A stretch of 64,000 nucleotides of DNA from a bacterium (GTDB lineage Bacteria > UBA8248 > JACPRG01 > G963555815). Both the position numbers and the translations under genes were made by a program. Below are positions 40,294 to 50,604 of this stretch, piece after piece; within the stretch, counting starts at the first letter, position 1, and the number at the start of each line of letters is the position of its first letter. Location: the NCBI GenBank assembly GCA_965261595.1, contig CBDHDG010000006.1, positions 640,001 through 704,000 on the forward strand. Direction: 5' to 3'. Below the pieces are notes generated by a model, which ran no database searches, had not been told where the DNA came from, and saw only the letters and a program-made list of their open reading frames with translations.

Positions 40294-40854
40294 TTAAGGG
40301 CTAATCTGGGCGTACCGAAAGCAATCCACCGTATGATCGTTGACCATCCCGACGGCCTGCATGAAGGCGTAACAGATGGTCGAGCCGACGAAGTTGAACC
40401 CCCGCCGTTTCAGGTCTTTGCTCATGGCGTCGAATTCGGGCGTTCGGGCGGGAACTTCATCGGTTGAGCGCCGGGTGTTCACCTTGGCCCGCCCCCCGAC
40501 GAACCCCCAGATGTAGGCGTCGAAGCTCCCGAACTCCTCCCGGACGGCCAGGAAGGCCCCCGCGTTCCGGATGGTGGAATCGATCTTGAGGCGGTTGCGG
40601 ACGATGCCGGGGTCGGCGAGGAGCTGGTTCACCTTCCGCTTGCCGTACCCGGCGACGATCTCGGCGTCGAAACCGTCGAAGGCCGCGCGATACCCTTCCC
40701 GCTTTTTCAGAATGGTGTCCCAGCTCAAGCCGGCCTGGGCGCCTTCGAGGATGAGAAACTCGAACAACGTCCGGTCGTCATGGACCGGAACGCCCCACTC
40801 CTCGTCGTGGTAGGGGGTCGAAAGCCCGCCCGTCGCCCATGGACGCCGCTGCAC
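40294..40854 (-). CDS. tag: DNA-3-methyladenine glycosylase I
   Basis: 'YHDEEWG', 'LEGAQAGLSW', 'IVRNRLKI', 'FVGSTICYAFMQAVGMVNDH..DC'. Confidence 0.93.
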   Translation of the reverse strand: MQRRPWATGGLSTPYHDEEWGVPVHDDRTLFEFLILEGAQAGLSWDTILKKREGYRAAFDGFDAEIVAGYGKRKVNQLLADPGIVRNRLKIDSTIRNAGAFLAVREEFGSFDAYIWGFVGGRAKVNTRRSTDEVPARTPEFDAMSKDLKRRGFNFVGSTICYAFMQAVGMVNDHTVDCFRYAQISP

Positions 40855-40961
40855 CTGTCGAGCCTCGGATCTTCGGACCGGCGGAGAAGAGAGGGGACGC
40901 CATCGGCGGGCGGCTCGCCCGCGCCGGTTTATTACGGGGAGCGATAAATACTTGACACCTT

Positions 40962-41125
40962 TGTCACCCTGAGCGACGGGCGAACAACGTCCGGCAAGGA
41001 AGGCCTGAAGACGCATCGCAGCGAAGGGTCTCGCCGCGGCCCTTCCCGTAGCGTGATCCGACAATCGGTACAACAACAATGCGAGATTCTTCGCGCGAGT
41101 CGGTTGACTCCCGCTTAGAATGACA
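40962..41125. repeat. Palindromic TGTCA...TGACA element (MITE/REP-like)
   Basis: TGTCACCCTGAGCG...GAGATTCTTCGC..GCTTAGAATGACA; same architecture as 3627-3753. Confidence 0.65.
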
Positions 41126-41147
41126 TGTCAACTATAAAGTGACCGCC

Positions 41148-41597
41148 TTAGTAATTATCCCGCCAGGGATTCCAGCAGCCGCCTCTTCTCTTCCGATATC
41201 TGTTTGGGATAACACTCGCGTCGTCGAAGAGGTCTTCCGGCGGCCCTTCGGGGAAGAATTCCACGAACGCGTCGATCTCGGGCTCGAAGACCGGGCACGT
41301 ACTGCTTCGCCAGCCGATCCGAAACTTCGCGACGGCCTCCTTCGCCTCCCGGTCCGCGTCCTTCTTAAGCACCTTGGCGGTCGCCCTCACGGCGCGGGTC
41401 CCGGTCTGAATCCCCACGTTGGGATTCGCGATGAGGTTATGCACCCAGTCCCGGTTCGTTTTCGGAAACGGGGAGGCACCGATGAGCCGGCCGTCCCAGT
41501 AGTACACCCGGATTTGCACGTGGTGAGGCGTTTGTGTCTTTCGGCCCGTCGTCGTGATGAAGGGCTGAATCTCGGTCCCGTTCGCGGGCGTTTCCAT
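41148..41597 (-). CDS. Deazaflavin(F420)-dependent nitroreductase family (DUF385)
   Basis: 'ITTTGRKTQTPH', 'RDWVHNLIANPNVGIQ'. Confidence 0.75.
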   Translation of the reverse strand: METPANGTEIQPFITTTGRKTQTPHHVQIRVYYWDGRLIGASPFPKTNRDWVHNLIANPNVGIQTGTRAVRATAKVLKKDADREAKEAVAKFRIGWRSSTCPVFEPEIDAFVEFFPEGPPEDLFDDASVIPNRYRKRRGGCWNPWRDNY

Positions 41598-41787
41598 TGT
41601 CGTTCTCTTTGACTCCGGCGGAACCACCGAATCGGGGCGTGATTGTTGACGGATTCCATGTCCGGAGGATATCCTACCCGTAGGATATTCTAGCGTTATC
41701 TCCAATTTACATTCAACCGTGGCCGGGGGAGGGAAAGCGGTCTCTTCCATCAACCCCCATCCATGTCGTCCAAGGGAGACCCACGCT

Positions 41788-42720
41788 TTGAAGATCGACA
41801 TTCACGCCCATGAGTTTCCGGAAAACTACCTGCGCGAGATTCACCGCATGGTCGAACGGGGGGAGTTCCCCGAGGTGGCGGAGACCCTGACGCCGTGGCG
41901 GATCGACGACCACCTCGCCCTCATGGAGCGGGAGGGCGTCGATATGCAGGTCCTCTCGCTGGCGGCGGCCCGATACGTGGAAGACCGGCCCCAGGCCCGG
42001 GCCCTGGCCCGGATGGTGAACGAGGCCTTCGCCGACGCCGCCGCGAAGCACCCCGGGAAGTTCGTCGCGTTCGCCTGCGTGCCGCTCGCCTTCGTGGACG
42101 ACGGGATCGCGGAGCTGGAGCACGCCGTGGGGACGCTGGGGATGCGGGGGCTCATCCTGGGGACGAACGTCGCGGGCAAGCCCTTGAACGCGCCCGAGCT
42201 CCGCCCGTTCTTTGAAACGGTCAACCGGATGAAGCTGCCCGTCCTCATCCATCCGATGTACCCGGACTGGCCTGAATCCTACTCCGATTACCGCCTCGAC
42301 CTGTGGCTCGGCTGGCCCTATGAGACCACCCACGCGGTCAGCCGGATGATCCTCTCGGGGATATTCGACGACTTTCCGGATTTTCCCCTCATCGTCTCCC
42401 ACCTGGGGGCGAACCTGCACTACATGTGCGAGCGGATCGGAAACGCGTCCCATCTGGGCTCGGCGAAGGCGGGCGTGATGGAATACCTGCGGCGCTTCTA
42501 CTACGACACGGCCGGTCCCGTCCCGGCGGCGGCGGTCGGCTGCGCTCTTGAGATGTTCGGCAGCGGGAAAATCCTCTTCGGCTCCGACGCCCCCTTCGGG
42601 CCCGGCCACGGAGAGGCGTTCATCCGCAAGGGGATCGCCTGCATCGAGGATCAGGCCCGCGGCGGCGAGGAGAAAGAGGCCATGTTCTCCGGCAACGCGC
42701 GCGGGATTCTCGGAATTTAG
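41788..42720 (+). CDS. Amidohydrolase-2 family (ACMSD-like decarboxylase/hydratase)
   Basis: 'IDIHAH', 'LIHP', 'SHLGA', 'YYDTA', 'ILFGSDAPF', 'GNARGIL'. Confidence 0.9.
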   Translation: MKIDIHAHEFPENYLREIHRMVERGEFPEVAETLTPWRIDDHLALMEREGVDMQVLSLAAARYVEDRPQARALARMVNEAFADAAAKHPGKFVAFACVPLAFVDDGIAELEHAVGTLGMRGLILGTNVAGKPLNAPELRPFFETVNRMKLPVLIHPMYPDWPESYSDYRLDLWLGWPYETTHAVSRMILSGIFDDFPDFPLIVSHLGANLHYMCERIGNASHLGSAKAGVMEYLRRFYYDTAGPVPAAAVGCALEMFGSGKILFGSDAPFGPGHGEAFIRKGIACIEDQARGGEEKEAMFSGNARGILGI

Positions 42721-42809
42721 GCCGGGTTTCTCACAAAGCTGATGGTCTCGTGTTTGGCTTAGGCTTTGTCGCGTTGATGGTGGCGAATACACGCAACGGT
42801 CAGTTGTTC

Positions 42810-42835
42810 GGGCGGGGACGGGGACCCGCCCCTAC
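42810..42835. repeat. GTAG-type REP unit
   Basis: GGGCGGG...CCCGCCCCTAC hairpin. Confidence 0.65.
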
Positions 42836-42868
42836 GGGTAAAGAGGGGTTTTTTGCGTGATTATGCCC

Positions 42869-42897
42869 TTGACACATAGTGCCACAAGATGTATATT
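42869..42897 (+). promoter_or_regulatory. Sigma70 promoter in IS1595 left end
   Basis: TTGACA-N17-TATATT; same at 63422-63450. Confidence 0.8.
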
Positions 42898-42909
42898 ATA
42901 GGGTATGAG

Positions 42910-43068
42910 CTACTCATCCCCTGAATCATCCGATCTTTCTTTGACGATACGGTCTACTTCGGCCATCACTTCTTCCCCGAAAATGCACGTCATCAGGTGC
43001 ATGTCGTCATGCTTTAGCGCATCTTCGGGAAGTTTCCGTTCCTTTTTCTTAGGAGCATCTTGACCCAT
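42910..43068 (-). CDS. Small conserved IS1595-associated protein (52 aa)
   Basis: MGQDAPKKKERKLPEDALKHDDMHLMTCIFGEEVMAEVDRIVKERS...; homologous to 63465-63620. Confidence 0.6.
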   Translation of the reverse strand: MGQDAPKKKERKLPEDALKHDDMHLMTCIFGEEVMAEVDRIVKERSDDSGDE

Positions 43069-43712
43069 GCAAAGCCTCCTTTCCATGCTGGACAAGTATA
43101 AAAACGATGACGAATGCCGCAATGCCATTGAGGAAATTCGCTGGCCCAATGGCGTTGCCTGTACTCGGTGCGGGGATATGAGCATCGGAGAAATTCCGAA
43201 GCGCAATCAATACCAATGCCACGGTTGCGGATATCAGTTTTCCGTGACGAGTGGAACCATCATGCACGATTCCCGCCTTCCCTTCCGCAAGTGGTTCATG
43301 GGGATCTACCTCATGTGCGTATCGAAGAAAGGGGTATCGGCAAACCAGTTGAAGGAAACTCTCGGAACCACATATCGTACGGCTTGGCACCTTTGCCACC
43401 GCATTCGTGAGGCAATGGGAAATGACCCCCTTGAAGGTCCTACGCTGGTGGGCGTTGTCGAGGTGGATGAAACCCTGATCGGCGGCAAGAAGAAGGGCAA
43501 GGGGCATGGATACAGGGGGAACAAGCAGTGGATCGCTGGAGCCATCCAGCGCGGCGGGAAGCTCCGCGTCCAGCGCATTCCGAACATTCGGCGCAAGACC
43601 CTTCATCCCGCATTTCCCATATGGATGATAATTTTTAACGCCCCGAAGGCCGTTTTCTCGTGTAAAATCAAAGTGTTGGCCTCTCCCTGCCATCATCTTG
43701 CGAGGGGACCCG

Positions 43713-45059
43713 ATGGGTGAAGCGAAAAAGAGGCCGTTGAGGCTCCAATTCGACGGTCGGCTCAGGCTGGAGTTTCACGGAGCAAAGGTTACGAGTGACG
43801 CCGGTTTGCTTGCCTATCGTGAACTGGATGAGGTGTTGGGGCTGACGAAGGCGGCCGAGGGGTTTCTGTCCGATTCACGGACGGGCGGGAACACCCGGCA
43901 CAGCCTCACCGCTTTGGTGCGCCAGTCGGTCTACAGCCGCCTGGCAGGATATAAAGACACCAATGATGCCGAGCGGCTCTGTGTCGATCCCGCCATGCGT
44001 CAGGTGGTTGGGGGGCGAGCGAAGTATCACACCGCTGCCTCCACCAGCCAGATGAGCCGATTCGAGACGCAGACCCTCACCCGGCCCCTTAACCTCAAGG
44101 CGCTGAGCGGTCTGCCCGGTGTGTTGGTGGATCGTGTCCGCAAACGCAAGCCGATTCGCAAGCTGATCCTGGACATGGACAGTTCGGTCAGCCCGACCCA
44201 CGGTGAGCAGGAAGGCTCTTCCTACAACGGCCACTTCGGCTGCACCTGCTATCACCCACTGTTTTGCTTCAACCAGTTTGGCGATCTGGAGCGGGCGCTG
44301 TTGCGCAACGGCAAGGTCCACAGCGCTGATGACTGGTGGTCTGTATTGGAGCCGGTGGTAGCTCGCTACCGGGATGCGAAGGTCTGTCGGTTTTTTCGAG
44401 GCGACGCGGCATTTGCCAAGCCGGAGGTGTACCGATACCTTGAGGCGGAGGGCTACTCCTATGCGATTCGGCTTCCGGCCAACGCCATCTTGTACAGGGA
44501 CATCGAATGCCTTCTGACCCGGCCGGTTGGCCGACCGCCCAAAAGGCCCATTATCTTCTACCACAGCGTCTCCTATCAGGCGGCTAGTTGGGAGAAGCCT
44601 CGCCGGGTGGTGGTGGCGGTCGAGTGGCACCAGGGCGAGTTGTTTCCAAGAGTCAGCTTCATCGTGACCAACCTGCACTGGCGGGAAGAGAACGTCGTGA
44701 GGTTCTACAACCAGCGTGGGACGGCGGAGCAGTGGATCAAGGAGGGCAAGTACGCCCTGAACTGGACGCGCCTGTCCTGCCACGGCTTTGAAGAGAACCA
44801 GGTCCGCTTGCAACTATTTGCCTTGGCGTACAACCTGGCAAACTTCCTGCGGCGGCTGGCGTTGCCCAGAGCGGTGAAGCACTGGTCGCTGACGACGTTA
44901 CGCGAGAAGCTGATTAAGATTGGGGCCAAGGTGGTCACCCACGCCCGGTACACCACCTTCCAGATGGCCGAGGTGGCCGTGCCGCGTCAACTGTTCAGGG
45001 CAATCCTTGAACGAATTCGACGGTTGTGGTTACCGCCTCCCGTACCAGATACCGGATGA
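43713..45059 (+). CDS. IS1380-family transposase
   Basis: 'TSDAGLL', 'LDMDSS..PTHG.QEG..YNGHF', 'RGDAAF', '[15 protein letters not shown]'. Confidence 0.95.
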   Translation: MGEAKKRPLRLQFDGRLRLEFHGAKVTSDAGLLAYRELDEVLGLTKAAEGFLSDSRTGGNTRHSLTALVRQSVYSRLAGYKDTNDAERLCVDPAMRQVVGGRAKYHTAASTSQMSRFETQTLTRPLNLKALSGLPGVLVDRVRKRKPIRKLILDMDSSVSPTHGEQEGSSYNGHFGCTCYHPLFCFNQFGDLERALLRNGKVHSADDWWSVLEPVVARYRDAKVCRFFRGDAAFAKPEVYRYLEAEGYSYAIRLPANAILYRDIECLLTRPVGRPPKRPIIFYHSVSYQAASWEKPRRVVVAVEWHQGELFPRVSFIVTNLHWREENVVRFYNQRGTAEQWIKEGKYALNWTRLSCHGFEENQVRLQLFALAYNLANFLRRLALPRAVKHWSLTTLREKLIKIGAKVVTHARYTTFQMAEVAVPRQLFRAILERIRRLWLPPPVPDTG

Positions 45060-45499
45060 CGGAGCAGATGGCCCGGAAGCTTAGTGACGTGGTGGAGACG
45101 GGGGATCAGTCTGCGCCGAACTCCCCTGAGTGTGCCGGTAGAGCTGGGTTTTCAAGGGATTGCGGCTTTAGGACGGCCGTTGCCCCTCGATTGAGCAGAG
45201 GGTTCTGCAAAGAGACCCTGAATCTGTAGTAAAATGGGGTACTTTGATGACACAGGAGGACCGCAGGATGGCTAAGAGTGGTCATCTGGGAAATCCCGGT
45301 TTAAATCAAGACAACTCTTGTATTGACCACCCGTTGCTCTTTAACTCAATTAGAGCCCTCTTTACCGGGGCTGTCAACACCATTTCGGGCGCCTGAAACC
45401 CTGATCGGAGCGGTATCCGCCATTGGAAAACCATGTCAGCGCCGGCGTGTAAACGGGCTTGACCACCAGGTTTGGAGTCTTCGTCATTTTGCCCTTGTG

Positions 45500-45908
45500 T
45501 GGACTCCGCTTAGGGTCGCTAGACAGGCACCGGGCATCATCGCTTGATTCTCTCCAAGATAAGGGCAAATGTCTTCCTGGATACACCGACCTCGGCCAAC
45601 TGGAAGGTGATGTGGCGGGCGTACCGCACGAGCCGGCCGCCCATTTTGAGGAGCTTAAGCTGAAGGCCGCGTAACGACCAGTGCTTGATCCCTCTCGGCA
45701 GGCCAGCAATCCCGCATCCGAAGTCATTCTGGTTCCGTGAAACTCAAGCCTCAGCCGACGCTCAAAACGGACCTTCAACGCCCACTTTTTCGCTTCACCC
45801 ATTGGATTACCCCGCGAGAGGATGGCTCGGGGAGGCTCATGCATTGATTTTACTCCAGAAAATGTCCTCCGGTCCGACAAAAGTTATGATCCATATGGGA
45901 TATCTGGG
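45500..45908 (-). pseudogene. Internally deleted IS1380 relative (MITE-like)
   Basis: N-term [37 protein letters not shown] joined to C-term-like 'KLLKMGGRLVRHARHITFQLAEV'; left boundary approximate. Confidence 0.8.
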
Positions 45909-46268
45909 TTCATGACTTCATCCAGCGCACAGTGAAGGACGAGGCCGAGGCGATCTATACGGACGAGTTGAAGTCCTATATCGGTGTAGAGGATCATGAC
46001 ACACGCCATGAAACGGTTAACCATTCCGAGGAAGAATGGGTGATTGGAGATGTTCACACCAACAGCATCGAGGGCGTGTGGTCCCTGTTCAAGCGGTCCA
46101 TTATCGGAACCTTCCACAAGATGAGCGTCAAGCATATGGACCGTTACCTTGAAGAACTCGAATGGCGACACAACAACCGAGACAACCCCCACATCTTCAT
46201 GGACACTCTTAAGCGAATCATGAACACGGAACCCCTAGAGTACAAGAGACTCACGGCTTGAGGAAGGG

Positions 46269-47435
46269 CTACGATAGAATCCCATCGGTCTTGAGTTTTG
46301 AAATCAGATAGGATTGGTCTCTATCGCCCTTTGTGCTGTTGCAAGCTCCGCACAGAAGTTGAAGGTTTTCGAGTCCATCATGACCTCCCTTGCTCCGTGG
46401 CACAATATGGTCAACCGTCAAATTCCTGAACTGGAAAAACGTCCGGCAACCGCCGCACTTCCCTTCCTGAAGCCCAAATAGCTGATGCCGGTGCGTCCGG
46501 TAATTCGGGAGCCGTTCAAGGTCCGTCCGCGTTGGTATGTCTGTTCGGCGGATAGGCTCGAAGTTATGGAACAGGTCAATCTCCTTGCGGATGCGGACCT
46601 GAACCAAGTCTGACGCCTTCTCCGCTATATCGATCCCCACCCAGTGACGGTGAAGCCTCTCGGACGCGACACAAGCCGTGGCGCATCCTGCGAATGGGTC
46701 CAGCACCATGTCGTCCTCATTGCTACTCGCCTTGATGATCCGGCTTAGGAGGGATAGGGGCTTTTGGGTAGGATATCCTAATCGCTCCGTCGCTTGTGAT
46801 CCAATGGGCCGGATATCGCTGATGATGTCCTGAATGGGGTTTCCTTCTGATACAGAAAGATACCTCTTATGCTGAGGGACTTTCCCTTTTGGGGGCCAAT
46901 AGACATGACCTGTTGCATCCAAAACATCCAGTCTTTCTTGACATGACATTTCTGCATATCCTTCCGGGAATGGAAAATCCTTTGGCAATGCACGATCTGG
47001 AGGTATTTCCCAATGCCGACCCTTGTTGGATGGGTTCACGTCACGCCACGGCATTCCTGATGAACCATGTCTGACCCCCGGACCATCGAGAGTTACTAAA
47101 CGGAACCTCCCTCTTTCATCTGAGAATCGGTAGAAATTTTCAACATATGTCGGATCGTAGTCCTCATAGACTCGATTCCAGGTGTATTTACCTGACTTTG
47201 TATAGAACAAAATGGTGTCATGGATAGGCCCCCATCGCTTCGATCTTCCATGCGCCCCAGTGCGCTTCCAGATAGTTTCATTGCGGAAATTTCTGCGTCC
47301 GAACACCGCATCCATAAGCAACTTCAGGTAATGGCTGGCCGTTGGATCGCAATGGAGGTAGATTGATCCTGTCTCCTTCAAGACTCGGCGCATTTCAAGC
47401 TGCCTCACCGCCATCATGATCAGGTAGGACTTCAT
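46269..47435 (-). pseudogene. Beta-class DNA methyltransferase fused to C-terminal HNH nuclease, N-terminus removed by IS
   Basis: 'IYLHCDPTASHY', 'GYPTQKP', 'LDPFAGCAT'; HNH 'CGGC...VDHIVPRSKGGHDGLENLQLLCGACNSTKG'; DPPF motif missing. Confidence 0.85.
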
Positions 47436-48840
47436 TCCCCCGCTCTAGGGTTTTGTTGGACACTCGATTGATCCATGATTCATGGAGAAAGGGGTGTCGC
47501 GATGAACGAACAAAAGCAAGAGGGGGCTTTGGCGGAGGGCGCCCGCAGGGCGAACGGAGCCAAGGCCCCAGGGCATCGCAGTGAGCGGGGTCGGTTCTCC
47601 TGCCAGGCGCAAGCGGGAGGCGGTCCTGCGTCTTTTGCGGGGCGAGAGCCTGGAGACGCTCTGCCGCGAGTTGGGCACGACAGCGGCTCGGCTTTCCGCC
47701 TGGCGCGAGGCGTTCCTTCGCGGGGGCGAGGCGGCGCTCAAAGCCCGCCCGGCGGATGAGCGGGCCGAGGAGAACGCCCGGCTCAAGGCCAAGGTGGGCG
47801 AACTCACGATGGAGGGCGAGGTCCTGCGGGAGAAGATCGACCGCCTGGAGGCCGGCCGCCCTTTAGCCGGCAGGAGGTGGAGGCGATGAGTCAGGCCCGC
47901 TTCACCTCCACGGGCAGAGCCTACGGCCTGAAGCGGGTGTGCGCCCTTTGGGGCTTGGCGCGCTCCACGGTCTACGCGCAACGGCGGCGAGAGGCGGTCC
48001 CCGTTCATGAACGCCCCACGCCCAATAAGCGCGGCCCTGTGGGCCCGTGCACCGATGCGGAACTCCTCGGCCACATCCGGCAGGTCCTGGAGGACTCTCC
48101 CTTCCATGGCGAGGGCTACCGCAAGGTGTGGGCGAGGCTGCGCTTCGCGGGCATCCGCACCAGCAAGGAGCGGGTGCGTCGCCTGATGCGGGAGGCGGGG
48201 CTTCAGGCCCCCCACCGGGTGGGCAAACCCCGAGGTCCCAAGGCCCACAACGGGACCATCCGCACCGAGCGGCCCGACCGAATGTGGGGCACGGACATGA
48301 CGACGACGGTGACCACCGAGGAGGGGGTGGCCTCGGTGTTCGTGGCGGTGGATCACTGCTCGGTGGACTGCGTGGGGATCCATGCGGCCAAGAGCGGCAA
48401 CCGCTTCGAGGCCCTGGAGCCGATCCGGAAGGGGGTCGCCGAGCGCTTCGCCGGCTTGGAGGCGGACGTCGCCGAGGGGCTTAAAGTTCGTCACGACCAC
48501 GGCCCCGCCTATCTGTCCGATGACTTTCAGCGGGAGATCGCCTACCTGGGCATGACCAGTTCGCCCAGCTTCGTGCGGGCGCCCGAGGGAAATGGCTACT
48601 GTGAGTGGTTTATCCGCATCTTGAAGGAGAATCTCCTGTGGGTGCGCTCTTTCGCCACCGTAGAGGAACTGCGGTGGGCGCTGCTTGAGTTCAAAAACCT
48701 GTACAACCATCATTGGATTCTCGAGGGCTACGGCTACCGAACGCCGGCCCAGGCAAGGCAGGAAAAACTCGCTCAAGTTGCGGAGGCCGCATGAGGTCGA
48801 ATACCCTCACCCGAGTGTCCAATAACCCAGGGGCGGTCCA
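47436..48840 (+). mobile_element. IS3-family element B (orfA +1 frameshift; orfB intact, WGTD)
   Basis: TCCCCCGCTCTAGGG...GGCGGTCCA, 1405 bp. Confidence 0.93.
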
Positions 48841-48841
48841 G

Positions 48842-50245
48842 TCCCCCGCTCTAGGGTTTTGTTGGACACTCGATTGATCCATGATTCATGGAGAAAGGGG
48901 TGTCGCGATGAACGAACAAAAGCAAGAGGGGGCTTTGGCGGAGGGCGCCCGCAGGGCGAACGGAGCCAAGGCCACAGGGCATCGCAGTGAGCGGGGTCGG
49001 TTCTCCTGCCAGCGCAAGCGGGAGGCGGTCCTGCGTCTTTTGCGGGGCGAGAGCCTGGAGACGCTCTGCCGCGAGTTGGGCACGACAGCGGCTCGGCTTT
49101 CCGCCTGGCGCGAGGCGTTCCTTCGCGCGGGCGAGGCGGCGCTCAAAGCCCGCCCGGCGGATGAGCGGGACGAGGAGAACGCCCGGCTCAAGGCCAAGGT
49201 GGGCGAACTCACGATGGAGGGCGAGGTCCTGCGGGAGAAGATCGACCGCCTGGAGGCCGGCCGCCCTTTAGCCGGCAGGAGGTGGAGGCGATGAGTCAGG
49301 CCCGCTTCACCTCCACGGGCAGAGCCTACGGCCTGAAGCGGGTGTGCGCCCTTTGGGGCTTGGCGCGCTCCACGGTCTACGCGCAACGGCGGCGAGAGGC
49401 GGTCCCCGTTCATGAACGCCCCACGCCCAATAAGCGCGGCCCTGTGAGCCCGTGCACCGATGCGGAACTCCTCGGCCACATCCGGCAGGTCCTGGAGGAC
49501 TCTCCCTTCCATGGCGAGGGCTACCGCAAGGTGTGGGCGAGGCTGCGCTTCGCGGGCATCCGCACCAGCAAGGAGCGGGTGCGTCGCCTGATGCGGGAGG
49601 CGGGGCTTCAGGCCCCCCACCGGGTGGGCAAACCCCGAGGTCCCAAGGCCCACAACGGGACCATCCGCACCGAGCGGCCCGACCGAATGTGGGGCACGCA
49701 CATGACGACGACGGTGACCACCGAGGAGGGGATGGCCTCGGTGTTCGTGGCGGTGGATCACTGCTCGGTGGACTGCGTGGGGATCCATGCGGCCAAGAGC
49801 GGCAACCGCTTCGAGGCCCTGGAGCCGATCCGGCAGGGGGTCGCCGAGCGCTTCGCCGGCTTGGAGGCGGACGTCGCCGAGGGGCTTAAAGTTCGTCACG
49901 ACCACGGCCCCGCCTATCTGTCCGATGACTTTCAGCGGGAGATCGCCTACCTGGGCATGACCAGTTCGCCCACCTTCGTGCGGGCGCCCGAGGGAAATGG
50001 CTACTGTGAGTGGTTTATCCGCATCTTGAAGGAGAATCTCCTGTGGGTGCGCTCTTTCGCCACCGTAGAGGAACTGCGGTGGGCGCTGCTTGAGTTCAAG
50101 AACCTGTACAACCATCATTGGATTCTCAAGGGCTACGGCTACCGAACGCCGGCCCAGGCAAGGCAGGAAAAACTCGCTCAAGTTGCGGAGGCCGCATGAG
50201 GTCGAATACCCTCACCCGAGTGTCCAATAACCCAGGGGCGGTCCA
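48842..50245 (+). mobile_element. IS3-family element B, tandem copy (orfB WGTH)
   Basis: 1404 bp; separated from the previous copy by a single G. Confidence 0.93.
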
Positions 50246-50293
50246 CCAGCGTGTGTTGAGCAAGCCCGGACGTTCTGTTCCGCGCGGGGGTCT

Positions 50294-50477
50294 GTAGGGG
50301 CCGGTACGGGGACCGGCCCCTACATTTAAGGGCGATGCTTGTCTGGCAGAACGTTTGTCCGTGGCTGCACGGAGTGGGTTGGGTTGCTCATGAACCGGCT
50401 CATATCGGGAGACCGACGACCCGCCCCTCCGGGCACACAACGCTTTCCGTCGTAGGGGCCGGTCCCCGTCCCGGCCC
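50294..50477. repeat. GTAG-type REP units
   Basis: GTAGGGGCCGGTACGGGGACCGGCCCCTAC (50294-50323) and GTAGGGGCCGGTCCCCGTCCCGGCCC (50452-50477). Confidence 0.75.
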
Positions 50478-50604
50478 GTCACACTCCCAGAGGGAACAGA
50501 ATGCTGGAACTTGGTCAGCACCCGTCCGTTGGGTCAATGATTCAAAGCCAACTGGTTCAATCGACCTACACCGTTCGGGCGTTTAAGTTGGTGAGAAATC
50601 CAGC

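Larger units (their letters stand above)
43607..45908 (+). mobile_element. IS1380-family transposition unit, copy 1 (IS 43607-45299 + 609-bp tail with inverted deleted relative)
   Basis: Ends CCCGCATTTCCCATATGG / CCATATGGGATATCTGGG; 5-bp TSD TTCAT. Confidence 0.92.
43067..46261 (+). pseudogene. IS1595-family transposase interrupted by IS1380 unit
   Basis: N-part 'RWPNGVACTRCG...VEVDETLIGG'; C-part 'IYTDE...VNHSEEEW...HTNSIEGVW...EWRHN'. Confidence 0.92.
42856..47435 (+). mobile_element. IS1595-family element with passenger MTase-HNH; right end lost
   Basis: Left end CGTGATTAT...CTTGACA shared with the element at 63409; transposase split by the IS1380 unit; no IR between transposase stop and passenger. 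Confidence 0.75.

Noticed and set aside
37737..50245. Recurrent TGGACCGCCCCTGGGTTATTGGACAC motif as possible CRISPR repeats
   Set aside because: These are IS terminal repeats about 1.4 kb apart; no spacer array or cas genes
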